Shown: piece after piece, positions 1-9,867 of the stretch | Numbering within the stretch: position 1 is the stretch's first letter | Layout of the letters: each line of letters starts with the position of its first letter | Notes under the pieces: generated by a model | What the model was told of the DNA's origin: nothing | Database searches by the model: none | Seen by the model: only the letters and a program-made list of their open reading frames with translations | Assembly (NCBI GenBank): GCA_051747965.1 | Contig: JBNJGS010000007.1 | Span: forward strand, 2,042 to 66,041 | Source: Bacteroidota bacterium | GTDB taxonomy: Bacteria; Bacteroidota; Bacteroidia; Bacteroidales; ML635J-15 | DNA length: 64,000 nucleotides | Reading direction: 5' to 3' | Translations under genes and position numbers: made by a program

Positions 1-2595
1 ATCTTCAGAGGTTTCACCATTATTCCACAAAACATTGTATGGTGTTGTACCTCCGTTGATGAAAAGCAATATTTCCCCGTCTGACAGGCCATTACAGGAC
101 ACATTTTCTATTGTTTCACTGACTGTCAGAGGAGCTGGAGGCTGAGATACCGTTTCAGTGTATTCGGCAGTGCAGCCGTTGGCATCGCTTACTGTCACTG
201 AATAATCTCCGGCTGTCAACTCCACAATATCTTCAGAGTTTGCAGAATTGCTCCAGACAAATTCATACGGCATGGTACCACCGGAAACGGTGAGATCAAT
301 TTCCCCGGTAGTATCACCGAAGCAAGCCACATCCACCACTTCTGTGGTTAACAGGAGGGCTTCGGGTTCTATGATTTCATTTTGCCTGCTAAGATTACAT
401 ATTCCATCATCAACACTTACTTCATAAACTGCCGGACTAAGATTTTGCCTGAGCAGGCCTGTACCGGCATCACTCCAGGTATAGGTGTAGGCCGGGTCAT
501 CCATAAACAACTCCACCACACCATTGGCATCACCATTACAATTGATCTGATCAATCCCTATCCGGGCTCTGATTTCATTTTGAGGATTCAGAAAAACTGT
601 GGTATCCAGGGTAAATTGTTGTAAGGCATTTCTGGCTTTCAGGTGATACTGGCCATAAGGCAAGTTGGTAAAATCATTTGTTCCCTGCCATGTCTGACCA
701 TTATCCAATGAAAACTCGTATGGTGGATTGGCAATATTATCATTGATGGTAATGCTTCCATCGCTTGTGTTCTGACAGGAAGGATGGGTCAGATTAAAAG
801 AATTGAGAGGTTCTGCGGCGATTCTCATCCCAAGCAGGCCATCATGACCACCAATCCACATGTATGAACCGGCCTGATTGTTGATTGCTGTTTTATGTGA
901 CCAGCCAGTACCTGCAAATGAGCCTGTGGTTTTGTTGAACTGTTCCACATTCCCGGATTGCTCATACAGTACAATCAGTGCATCTCCCTGATCCAAATCA
1001 TCAATATCAGAAATGACGTTTCCCGGTTCAGAATGTGCCACCGGATTAAAGGAGCCGTCAAACCACAGCAGTGTAGAATCAGTGCCAATCCAGATATTGT
1101 CTGTATCATCCCGGAAAATTGCATGTACAACTGTGCCACCGAGTTCAGCAGATCCGGCATTAACAAAGGTGCTACCATCATACATGGATATACCGTTTTG
1201 TGTGGATATCCAAAGCATACCGGTATTGTCTTTCAAAAGTTCGTTCACGGAATCATTAACGAGTCCGTCGGCTGTGGTGATGGTATCTACACTGTTGTCT
1301 GTATTGATTTGCATCACACCTTGCCAGGTGCCGGCATATACGGTACCATCGGCCATAATTTCAACAGAAGTGATGGTATCGCTAATCAAACCCTCTGCGG
1401 TAGTGTAATTTTCATAATTTTCATCGAAATATACTGATAACCCCTTCCTGGTGGCGAAGCAAAGAGTATCCCCCTCTTTGGCAATATCGTTCACTGTATC
1501 ACCGATCAGTCCATCTGCAGATTTGTAGGTTCTCCAGTATTCTCCGGTATATTCATTGGCTCCATTGTCTGTACCAATCCAGAGGACATCATCAAAATCA
1601 TGCATGGTAATAATTTCATCACTTACCAGATCCCGGTTGGTTCTCAGGTTAAGGTATGCATTTTCAGTATCACAGACACTTACTCCACGGTAAGGAGTAA
1701 CAAGCCAGATTTTATTGTTGCTGTCCACAAATGCAGATTTGATGATATTCTGACTGAGCCCGTTTTGAAAATTGATCAGGTTAAAATCACTACCGTCATA
1801 GTGGATAAGTCCCTGATCGGTTGACATCAGAAAGTCACCGTTGATCATCTGGGTCACGTCAAGTATATTGTTTGTAGGCAGGCCATCTCCTGAGTTCAGA
1901 TAAGTCCATTCTGCTTTGTTGTAGAATCCCAGCCCACTGCTGGTAGCCACCACAATATTTCCGTTAAAATCCTGATAAAGTGCCCTGATCAGGTTGGAAG
2001 GCAGGCCTTCATTGCTTGTGAGGTTTGTGAAACCGGTTCCGTTCCAGATGCTGACACCGTTGGCAGTACCGAGCCATACATCACCCCTGTGTGTTGTCAG
2101 GATTTCGACCACCGCATTACCGGCCACACCGTCTGAGGTATCGTACACTGTCCAGGAGGATCCGTCATACACAGAGACTCCGGCATCGGTTGATCCGACC
2201 CAGATATTGCCTGTTGAATCCTCACCGATGGCCCAGTTGGAATTTGATGCCAGGCCGTCATTGGTTGTAAAGTTATTCCATAGCGAACCATCATAAACAG
2301 ACACGCCACCACCTACCAGGGCAACCCAGACCTTACCATCAGAAGCTTCAATGATTTCATAGGCATTCAGTTCTGCGGCACCCCCCATATCGGGTTCCTG
2401 TGTCCAAGTGTTGCCATCATACCGGGCAATACCTGTACCGGTTCCCACCCAGATTTCTCCAAGGCTTTCCACCTCCACAACAGATTTAGCTGCATCGGCA
2501 GGCAGGATTTCATGATAAGAAAAAGAATAATCAGCTTGAGCATGGATATACAATCCGGCAAACAGCAGCAGGCAAAACAGGCTGAGTTTTTTCAT
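1..2595 (-). CDS. Secreted beta-propeller (two-component-regulator-propeller type) + SprB-repeat surface protein, N-terminal part; the C-terminus runs off the window start
   Basis: The minus-strand frame is open from the ATG at 2593-2595 to position 1. It is absent from the ORF track because it has no in-window stop. N-terminus MKKLSLFCLLLFAGLYIHAQ is a signal peptide. Many blades follow of the form GEIWVGTGTGIARYDGNTW. From about position 800 downward there are SprB-type repeats (C..-DG.I....GGT.PY.F.W), e.g. INGGTTPYNVLWNNGETSED at positions 1-60. Confidence 0.8.
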   Translation of the reverse strand, partial: MKKLSLFCLLLFAGLYIHAQADYSFSYHEILPADAAKSVVEVESLGEIWVGTGTGIARYDGNTWTQEPDMGGAAELNAYEIIEASDGKVWVALVGGGVSVYDGSLWNNFTTNDGLASNSNWAIGEDSTGNIWVGSTDAGVSVYDGSSWTVYDTSDGVAGNAVVEILTTHRGDVWLGTANGVSIWNGTGFTNLTSNEGLPSNLIRALYQDFNGNIVVATSSGLGFYNKAEWTYLNSGDGLPTNNILDVTQMINGDFLMSTDQGLIHYDGSDFNLINFQNGLSQNIIKSAFVDSNNKIWLVTPYRGVSVCDTENAYLNLRTNRDLVSDEIITMHDFDDVLWIGTDNGANEYTGEYWRTYKSADGLIGDTVNDIAKEGDTLCFATRKGLSVYFDENYENYTTAEGLISDTITSVEIMADGTVYAGTWQGVMQINTDNSVDTITTADGLVNDSVNELLKDNTGMLWISTQNGISMYDGSTFVNAGSAELGGTVVHAIFRDDTDNIWIGTDSTLLWFDGSFNPVAHSEPGNVISDIDDLDQGDALIVLYEQSGNVEQFNKTTGSFAGTGWSHKTAINNQAGSYMWIGGHDGLLGMRIAAEPLNSFNLTHPSCQNTSDGSITINDNIANPPYEFSLDNGQTWQGTNDFTNLPYGQYHLKARNALQQFTLDTTVFLNPQNEIRARIGIDQINCNGDANGVVELFMDDPAYTYTWSDAGTGLLRQNLSPAVYEVSVDDGICNLSRQNEIIEPEALLLTTEVVDVACFGDTTGEIDLTVSGGTMPYEFVWSNSANSEDIVELTAGDYSVTVSDANGCTAEYTETVSQPPAPLTVSETIENVSCNGLSDGEILLFINGGTTPYNVLWNNGETSED

Positions 2596-2644
2596 AATTA
2601 TTGGTTTGATTTTACCCAAAAATACAAAAAAATCCTGAGTACAG

Positions 2645-2680
2645 GTACAAAAAAACGGTGAAATTTCATTTTTCACCGTT
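2645..2680 (-). terminator. Rho-independent terminator downstream of the aminotransferase gene
   Basis: 10-bp perfect stem AACGGTGAAA (2654-2663) / TTTCACCGTT (2671-2680), followed on the minus strand by a T-run. Confidence 0.7.
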
Positions 2681-2705
2681 CATTATCAGGAAATTCAAAG
2701 ATTGG

Positions 2706-3917
2706 TCAGCGTAAATCAGCCAGGGCTTTTTTAATTCTGCCAATGGCTTTTTTCAGATTATCTTCAGAAGTAGCATAAGATAACCTCAGGCATTCGGGAG
2801 ATCCGAAAGCATCTCCACCGACTGTTGCCACATGTGCCTTTTCGAGCAGGTACATTGCAAGGTCGCTGGAATCGTTAATGATCATGCCTCCAAAGGATTT
2901 CCCCAAATAGTAGCTGATATCCGGGAAGACGTAAAATGCACCACCGGGGCAATTGGTTTTCATACCCGGAATATCCTTAAGCATATCCAGTACAAGGTCG
3001 CGACGTGATTTAAAAACTGCGGTCATTTTTTCAGATGCTTCTGTTCCTCCATTGATGGCAGCTTCGGCAGCTTTCTGGGCGATGGAACAAGCTCCGGAAG
3101 TAAATTGTCCCTGCAGCTTCTGGCATGCTTTGGCAATCCATACAGGTGCGGCAATATATCCTATCCTCCAGCCTGTCATGGCATAACCTTTGGATACACC
3201 GTTGACAATTACAGTTCTGTCATATACATTATCAAACTGGGCTATGCTTTCATGCTTTCCCTGAAAGTTGATGTGTTCATAAATTTCATCGCTGAGAATA
3301 ATGATGCGCGGGTATCTGGCAATCACATCAGCAAGAGCTTTCAGTTCATCCCTGGTGTACAGGCTTCCTGTCGGATTTGAAGGAGAGGAAAACATAATGA
3401 CCCTTGTTTTTTCTGTGATGGCACCCTCGAGTTGCTCCGGAGTCATTTTAAAATCGGATTCAATTCCACATTTCAGCACCACCGATTTTCCTTCGGCCAG
3501 TTTCACCATCTCCACATAACTCACCCAGTATGGTGCCGGCACAATAACTTCGTCACCGGGATTGACAACACTCAGCAGGACATTAATCAGGGAATGCTTT
3601 GCCCCTGCTGATACCATAATTTGTTCAGGTTTGTACTCCAGCTTGTTTTCACGCTGAAATTTGTCGGATATTGCTTTGCGCAGTTCCGGATATCCGGGCA
3701 CCGGGGGATAATGTGTCCAGTTTTCCTGAATTGCTTTGATGGCGGCATCTTTTACGTACTGTGGTGTATCAAAATCCGGTTCTCCGATGCTGAGATTAAC
3801 CACATCGTTTCCTTCTTCTTTCAGTTCCCTGCTTTTCTGAGTCATTGCCAGGGTGGCACTTACTGAAAGTTTTTCCAATCGTTTTGAAATTTCTTTTACT
3901 ATCATATCAAAATGCAA
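2706..3917 (-). CDS. aspC: PLP-dependent class I/II aminotransferase (aspartate aminotransferase-like)
   Basis: Motifs LSIGEPDFDTP, SSPSNPTG and the PLP-lysine motif SKGYAMTGWRIGY; length 403 aa. Confidence 0.9.
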   Translation of the reverse strand: MHFDMIVKEISKRLEKLSVSATLAMTQKSRELKEEGNDVVNLSIGEPDFDTPQYVKDAAIKAIQENWTHYPPVPGYPELRKAISDKFQRENKLEYKPEQIMVSAGAKHSLINVLLSVVNPGDEVIVPAPYWVSYVEMVKLAEGKSVVLKCGIESDFKMTPEQLEGAITEKTRVIMFSSPSNPTGSLYTRDELKALADVIARYPRIIILSDEIYEHINFQGKHESIAQFDNVYDRTVIVNGVSKGYAMTGWRIGYIAAPVWIAKACQKLQGQFTSGACSIAQKAAEAAINGGTEASEKMTAVFKSRRDLVLDMLKDIPGMKTNCPGGAFYVFPDISYYLGKSFGGMIINDSSDLAMYLLEKAHVATVGGDAFGSPECLRLSYATSEDNLKKAIGRIKKALADLR

Positions 3918-3986
3918 TTTTTTATGTAAATTTAACGATTTAATACAGATACAAACATATTGTACAGCATCTTTAAATGATAATTT

Positions 3987-4505
3987 ATGATCGGAGAAAT
4001 TTTACAAATCACACTACCCGCTTTAATCGTCATGATTACAGCCATTTACATGATGAGTCGCCAGTCTAAGCGGGATCATCAGCTCAAGCTTACGGAATTG
4101 GCAGTGACCAACAATAAAACGATTACACCGCTCCGTTTACAAGCCTATGAGCGGATCATTATTTTTTTGGAAAGGATTACCCCCAACAGCATTATTTTCA
4201 GATTACAGACTCCGGAGATGACGGCTCAGCAAATGCATCAGGAAATGCTTCAGCTCATCAGGGCAGAGTATGAACACAACTTGTCCCAGCAGCTATATGT
4301 TTCCCCTGAAGGCTGGGAAAGTGTTAAACAGGCAAAAGAGCTTACGATAAAGATCATCAACGAAGCTGCAGATAATGTCAAACCAACAGCCAGTGCTTTG
4401 GAGCTCAGCCGTGAGATTTTTGACAAGCTTGTGGAACAGGAAAAAGCCCCCACACATCAAGCCATTGAGCAATTGAAAAAAGAAGTAGCCCGGTTTTTCT
4501 CTTAA
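3987..4505 (+). CDS. Hypothetical membrane-anchored protein
   Basis: 172-aa ORF with an N-terminal TM helix (ITLPALIVMITAIYMM) and a helical charged remainder. It is followed by a strong terminator. No family recognised. Confidence 0.6.
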   Translation: MIGEILQITLPALIVMITAIYMMSRQSKRDHQLKLTELAVTNNKTITPLRLQAYERIIIFLERITPNSIIFRLQTPEMTAQQMHQEMLQLIRAEYEHNLSQQLYVSPEGWESVKQAKELTIKIINEAADNVKPTASALELSREIFDKLVEQEKAPTHQAIEQLKKEVARFFS

Positions 4506-4549
4506 TTTATTTCCTGTATAAAAAACATTATCAGAGACATCACATAATG

Positions 4550-4590
4550 AAAAAAGAGCCGCCCGCTGGTCCAGCGGGCGGCTCTTTTTC
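4550..4590. terminator. Bidirectional rho-independent terminator between convergent genes
   Basis: 13-bp GC-rich stem AGAGCCGCCCGCT (4555-4567) / AGCGGGCGGCTCT (4573-4585), flanked by an A-run upstream and a T-run downstream. Confidence 0.8.
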
Positions 4591-4610
4591 TTATAATATC
4601 AGTCCGGATC

Positions 4611-7600
4611 TTAGCGTATCAGCTTAACCGTACCTTCTTTTTCATGCCATATACCGGTATAATCCTTAAACTTACAATACCAGTAATACACGCCACTTGA
4701 CAATAGTCTGTCACCTTTGGAACGGTTACCGAGCAGGGTTCCGTCCCAGGCATTTTTCATGGGATTTTCGTTGTCATACTGATCTGTTTCAAAAACAAGT
4801 TCACCCCATCTATCGTACACCATCAGTGAGAATTCATTTGGATCAATGCCATTGCCATACACCATAAAGAAATCGTTATCACCATCTCCATTGGGTGTAA
4901 AAGCTGTGGGTGCATAGAATGTAAACTCATCTTTCACTCTGATTATACGGGTTGCTGTATCACGACAACCTTTTTCAGTTTCCACAATAAGCTGCACTTC
5001 ATATTCCCCAATATCAGGGAAGAAATGCGTGGGAGATTTGAATATTGATGAATCGCCATCACCAAAGAACCAGAATGTTGAGTCTGCGTTTTCGGATATG
5101 CTGACAAATTCAACTTCAGGATCAAGAATGCTTACATTCTGCGGCTCTGCATAAAAATCGGCCTCCGGTTTAGGATATACAAGAATCATATCTTCCTTTA
5201 TCCGTGATTTTTCACATCCGAAAGGTGAAGTTACCGTAAGGCTGACGTTGTAGATACCGGAATTTTCATATACGTGTGTGGGGTTTTTCACATTGGCAAA
5301 TCCATTGTCACCAAAACTCCAGTCATATGAGTTTCCGTCGTCTTCATTGAGTTCGTTGAAAGAGACTTCCAGGGGGGGACAGCCTTCAACCTTATCTGAG
5401 ACAAAATTGTTTCTTGGCTCAGGCATGACAATGATTTCAATGCTGTCTTTTACCGATGGTGTACCACATTCATCATTCAGTGTGATGATGTAATTGGTTG
5501 TTTCCTCCGGATAAACAGTAAATGGTGATGGTACAACAGTGCCATCCTGCAATGTCATGTAATATGGTCCGCCATTTCCGCCGGAGGCATCAAGCTCAAT
5601 AATGGCCGGATCACCGGGACATATGCTATCGTAACTGGTGGTTACACTTTCAATTTCAAGATCAGGATATACATTGACAGTAAGATCATGTGTAGAGCTG
5701 GTACATCCATTCCCATCCTCTACATAAACGGTATATTCGGTTGTTGTATCCGGTGATACAGTGGGATTATGCACTACAAAAGAAGATCCGTCATCTCCGC
5801 TCCAGTGGAAATCATACCCGCCTCCACTGAAAGGTGTTCCGCCGATAGCCTGTGCATTGAGATTTGTGCTGTTGGACTGACAAATCCATCTGTCACCGCT
5901 GTTGAGAACCAGTCTCAATTCACTGGGTTCCTCCACTACTGCATCAAGTGTAAGGCGGCAGTCGTGGCTGTCAGAGACAGTTACTGTATGGGTACCGGCA
6001 CCTATCGCAATGCTGTCATTCTGTGTACCGTCAGGCCAGAGGTAAGAATACCCCGGTGTACCACCACTGACTTCCACAAAGGCAAGACCGTCATCATAAT
6101 CATAGCAGGAGGTCGGCTCAGTATAGACATTGCCCATCATCTGTGGTGGCTGATCAATATAGAATACAGTATCTATCTGACAACCCAGCATATCAGTCAC
6201 GGTAACATCATACATACCGGCACAAATGTTCTGGTAGATAGCACCATCGGCAGCCCATGAATAGTTGAAGGGTTGAATTCCTCCCTCAACTGTGAGTCTG
6301 GCTTCTCCATCGCATGAATTGTAGCATCTGTTATCTTCTGTAACCAGTTCCATGCTCATTTCCGGACTCACGGTAATTGTCATGCTAACTGTTGGCGACT
6401 GACAGCCATGGTCATCTTCAACATAAACAGCGTAGGTTGTTGTTTCATCGGGAGTAACTGTCAAAATACTGGCATCTGAAGAATATCCGCTTCCGTCGTC
6501 CCAGTAATATGTGTAAGGTTCAGTACCGCCGATTGCTGTTGCATTGATATTTGTTGTTTGTCCTTCACAAAGAGCCTGATCGGGTGAAATACTGATGAGC
6601 AGTTCATCCGGCTGGGTAAGTGTAAAGTCTTCTGTCACAGAACATCCGTTATCATCGGAAATTGTGACTTCGTAATTTCCTGCAGCCAGGTTAAGGCGAT
6701 CAGCTCCATTTCCTCCATCAGACCAGTCGTATTGAAGCATACCTGTACCTCCGGAGGCATTGATATGTATTTCACCGTCATTGGAATTAAAGCAGTCAAG
6801 ATCCTGCGTTGATGTGGAAGTCACAACAATTTCCGCCGGTTCATCAATGGTAAAGTTTTCTGATGTTTCACAACCGTTGGCATCTGTTACTGTTATGCCA
6901 TAATCTCCGGCGCAAAGGTTTTCATATAAACTATTGGCGCCCCAGGAGTAGTTATACGGCATTGTACCACCCTGGACATCAACCTCTGCCCAGCCTTCAC
7001 AGGCCTGGTAACAGCGGTCATCCTCAGTGGTAAGGGTATGCGTTAATTCTTCAGGATTCACAAGCGTTTGAACGGTATCGCCGCTCACACAGATGTTTTC
7101 CTCCACCGACAGGGTGATTTCATGTGTGCCGGGAGTATTCCAGTACACCTCAATAGGGCCGGCTCCTGTACCATTTTGCACACCACCGTCAAAGTCCCAG
7201 GTATAGTTTGCGGCTGCTGTTGCATCCCCAACATACTCAATAATGGTGGTATCGCCATAGCATGGAATGGCTGTCGTAGTAAACTGTGCATTGGGTGTAT
7301 TGTAAAATGTAATATCCACAGTTGCCGTATCACAACATGAGGGTGACAAATTTTGCTCCACAAGCTGGAATGTATATGTTCCCCATGTATCAACGGTAAC
7401 GGTAGGATCTGTACTGGTTTCAGTGCCACCGAAATCAGCATTACCAGGCCCATTAATCATACTCCATTCCACTGTATTGATGCTTGTATCAAGCGTGGTA
7501 TGCATGGTATAGGTATCAGAACACACTTCATCATCAGGTCCGGCATCCGCAACCGGAGTAGTACAGCATTCCTCATCATCTATTGGTCTGACATGTACAG

Positions 7601-9170
7601 TAAAGGTGGTATCATGAGCACAGCCAAAATCATCGACAGCATGCAATGTATATTGATGATCGCCGGGTGTTGTAGGATAGGCCAATGCATCACCTGCAAT
7701 GTCCTCAACAACATTGTCACCTGTCCAGTACACATCTGTATTTATCTCTGAGTAGGTAGTATCATATTCATTTTCATATGACCACAGATCATCAGGAATA
7801 AGGTCGGGGTTGATATGTAGCTGCCAGCTAAAGATATAGCCATTATCAATGGAAAGATTATCAAGTACGTGAATGGTCCATGTACCATTGAGCGGACATC
7901 CTTCAAGGTTTGAAAAATCTTCTATTGGCAGGTAATCACCGGAAGTCAAACTATTGCCACCTCCCGGACAATTATCTTCCATGGTACCTTGTCCTGAAAA
8001 TGGGGTCCAGCAATAATCATAGCCGACACCCGGATTGGGTCCTGAGTCTCCATCTGTTGCTTCCCCAAACCATCCGGATCCACAGGCCTGTTCAAACAAC
8101 ATGGCGGTTTGTCCGTTGGGACACTCAATCCAGATGTCAAGGTCACCCATATAGGAGTGCTCCATATTGGCACATATTGCATACAGATCATTTGCATCAT
8201 CCAGGGTTTGTCCCGGCTCAAATACCTGGTAATTGATATCTGAGGTATATTCCACGCCACTCCCATCAGGTAGATATGAAGTATCTGCAACTTCTATCTG
8301 CACAGGGATGCTCCATTCAATGGGTGTAACATATCCATAGCCATCCAGGTGCACTGGATCATCAACACACACTGTGTCTTCAAGAATACCGGCACCATCA
8401 AATATTGGTGTAAGTGATACCCTGACACGAATTTGGGCAAGGTTTTGGTTTGTACATCCATTGGCATCCGTTGCCGTCACGGTAACAAAATACCCACCCT
8501 CTTCGTCAAAAGTATATGTTAAATCTGTAAGGTTGGTACCTTCGTAAATTTCATTGTTTTCACCGTCAAATACTTCCCATTCAAAATGGGTTGTAGCATC
8601 ACTTTGTGTATATCCGCTATTATTGAATGGGTAATCGCCTTCAACAGAAAAATCAATGGTTTCTCCATTGCATATATCAATAAACATGGAATCCGTATTG
8701 GTAATTGGCGGGTCTGTGCTTTCCCACTCCACGTAAAAATTCTGACATGTGGAACCACAGGATATTCCTGCAGCAAAACCGGGTGCTGTTCCGGATGAAT
8801 TTGAGGTAAAAACCAGGGTAAGACAGTTACCTCCGGATGTCAGAATTTCTCCCTGCAAATCGTTACCATCACCTGAGGCAAGCATAGGTGCAGCAGTATT
8901 TGGTCCGTCGTAGACAATGAGTTCATCGCCATCAGTTGTAAGGTTGAATACGCTAAAATCCAATTCAATCTGTGCGGAATTGTCGGAACAAATGGTATAG
9001 GTTATGCTCTCATCATTGCTATAATCTGCGGATGCCCCGCCGGAGTCATACAGCGTTCCCGAACATGTATTTTCAGTTCCACCATCTGATATCTGATAGG
9101 ATTGTGCATTTAGCGCAAGGCCAAATGCAAACACTGCAATTGCTACAAAAAATATTTTTATCTTATTCAT
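4611..9170 (-). CDS. Giant T9SS cargo / adhesin: CUB-like + PKD + proprotein-convertase-P-like + SprB repeats + PKD x2 + type B (gliding-motility-associated) C-terminal sorting domain
   Basis: Start placed at MNKIKIFFVAIAVFAFGLALNAQ (signal peptide). MEHSYMGDLDIWIECPNGQ and GTWTIHVLDN resemble a P-domain. Multiple SprB repeats are present (C...C.G......GGT.PY.YSW). PKD motifs FGDNGFANVKNPTHVY and FGDGDSSIFKSPTHFF. The C-terminus FYAPTAFTPNGDGDNDFF...WDGT...GVYYWYCKF matches the type B CTD. Confidence 0.9.
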   Translation of the reverse strand: MNKIKIFFVAIAVFAFGLALNAQSYQISDGGTENTCSGTLYDSGGASADYSNDESITYTICSDNSAQIELDFSVFNLTTDGDELIVYDGPNTAAPMLASGDGNDLQGEILTSGGNCLTLVFTSNSSGTAPGFAAGISCGSTCQNFYVEWESTDPPITNTDSMFIDICNGETIDFSVEGDYPFNNSGYTQSDATTHFEWEVFDGENNEIYEGTNLTDLTYTFDEEGGYFVTVTATDANGCTNQNLAQIRVRVSLTPIFDGAGILEDTVCVDDPVHLDGYGYVTPIEWSIPVQIEVADTSYLPDGSGVEYTSDINYQVFEPGQTLDDANDLYAICANMEHSYMGDLDIWIECPNGQTAMLFEQACGSGWFGEATDGDSGPNPGVGYDYCWTPFSGQGTMEDNCPGGGNSLTSGDYLPIEDFSNLEGCPLNGTWTIHVLDNLSIDNGYIFSWQLHINPDLIPDDLWSYENEYDTTYSEINTDVYWTGDNVVEDIAGDALAYPTTPGDHQYTLHAVDDFGCAHDTTFTVHVRPIDDEECCTTPVADAGPDDEVCSDTYTMHTTLDTSINTVEWSMINGPGNADFGGTETSTDPTVTVDTWGTYTFQLVEQNLSPSCCDTATVDITFYNTPNAQFTTTAIPCYGDTTIIEYVGDATAAANYTWDFDGGVQNGTGAGPIEVYWNTPGTHEITLSVEENICVSGDTVQTLVNPEELTHTLTTEDDRCYQACEGWAEVDVQGGTMPYNYSWGANSLYENLCAGDYGITVTDANGCETSENFTIDEPAEIVVTSTSTQDLDCFNSNDGEIHINASGGTGMLQYDWSDGGNGADRLNLAAGNYEVTISDDNGCSVTEDFTLTQPDELLISISPDQALCEGQTTNINATAIGGTEPYTYYWDDGSGYSSDASILTVTPDETTTYAVYVEDDHGCQSPTVSMTITVSPEMSMELVTEDNRCYNSCDGEARLTVEGGIQPFNYSWAADGAIYQNICAGMYDVTVTDMLGCQIDTVFYIDQPPQMMGNVYTEPTSCYDYDDGLAFVEVSGGTPGYSYLWPDGTQNDSIAIGAGTHTVTVSDSHDCRLTLDAVVEEPSELRLVLNSGDRWICQSNSTNLNAQAIGGTPFSGGGYDFHWSGDDGSSFVVHNPTVSPDTTTEYTVYVEDGNGCTSSTHDLTVNVYPDLEIESVTTSYDSICPGDPAIIELDASGGNGGPYYMTLQDGTVVPSPFTVYPEETTNYIITLNDECGTPSVKDSIEIIVMPEPRNNFVSDKVEGCPPLEVSFNELNEDDGNSYDWSFGDNGFANVKNPTHVYENSGIYNVSLTVTSPFGCEKSRIKEDMILVYPKPEADFYAEPQNVSILDPEVEFVSISENADSTFWFFGDGDSSIFKSPTHFFPDIGEYEVQLIVETEKGCRDTATRIIRVKDEFTFYAPTAFTPNGDGDNDFFMVYGNGIDPNEFSLMVYDRWGELVFETDQYDNENPMKNAWDGTLLGNRSKGDRLLSSGVYYWYCKFKDYTGIWHEKEGTVKLIR

Positions 9171-9594
9171 AATCACGGCTTTCATTATACATTTCGGTAA
9201 ACTTCTGACTTGAAGGGATAATCAACACTTTATTTGTATTTCCAATCCGGTAATACACATCGCTGTCAAATTTCCTGTCGAAATAATACATATAGAGGTT
9301 GAACTCTTGCTCATTGATATTGGAGACAACTTCTCCTGCTTGTTTGGTATTGGTATCCAAAACCCTAAGCGACGGCAAATCTGCAAGTTTTTCTTCGGGC
9401 AGACTTTCAATCCGGTATCCATTCTCAACTTCAAAATTTTTCAATTCTATTAGGGAAGGACTGTTGCTTATCCAGGATTGGATCCGTTCTTCCGAGAATC
9501 TGCTTGACAATCTTTCATCAGGCACAACTGTATTCTGTGCATACAGGTTGCTTAGTAAGCCCATTGTTAACAGCATAATCAAGATACGTTTCAT
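9163..9594 (-). CDS. Small secreted hypothetical protein, translationally coupled to the downstream giant adhesin
   Basis: Start chosen at MKRILIMLLTMGLLSNLYAQ (signal peptide). Its stop overlaps the adhesin start by 8 nt (ATGAATAA). No family recognised. Confidence 0.6.
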   Translation of the reverse strand: MKRILIMLLTMGLLSNLYAQNTVVPDERLSSRFSEERIQSWISNSPSLIELKNFEVENGYRIESLPEEKLADLPSLRVLDTNTKQAGEVVSNINEQEFNLYMYYFDRKFDSDVYYRIGNTNKVLIIPSSQKFTEMYNESRDYE

Positions 9595-9821
9595 AATCTT
9601 TCTCTTTGTTTTCACTTTAATGACGTAAATATTTTGCAAAGGTTGTCTGCAAAGTTGTAAAATTATCAAAATTTGCGAAGATTTTTACATATTTCTCTGT
9701 ATATCAGTCATCATTTTTGGAGCCTTTCCCTTTTGCCGTGCCGTAAATCAATCATATTTCCAAATTTCACGGCACAAATAAAACAATGGGGATTAGAAAA
9801 TTAATTCAGGACAACAGTATA

Positions 9822-9846
9822 CAAAAAAGGCCACCGTTGGGTGGCC
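9822..9846 (-). terminator. Rho-independent terminator after the exbB-exbD cluster
   Basis: Stem GGCCACC (9829-9835), loop GTTG, stem GGTGGCC (9840-9846), followed by a T-run on the minus strand. Confidence 0.7.
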
Positions 9847-9867
9847 CTTATTTGTATTGAAAGATTT

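Noticed and set aside
5769-6260. Antisense or alternative-frame ORFs of 100-190 aa inside clear genes: 5769-6260, 20555-21031, 23141-23707, 30247-30693, 31469-31918, 53020-53601 and 57284-57772.
   Set aside because: Each lies within a gene with strong family motifs on the other strand or frame. They are composition-driven shadow ORFs.
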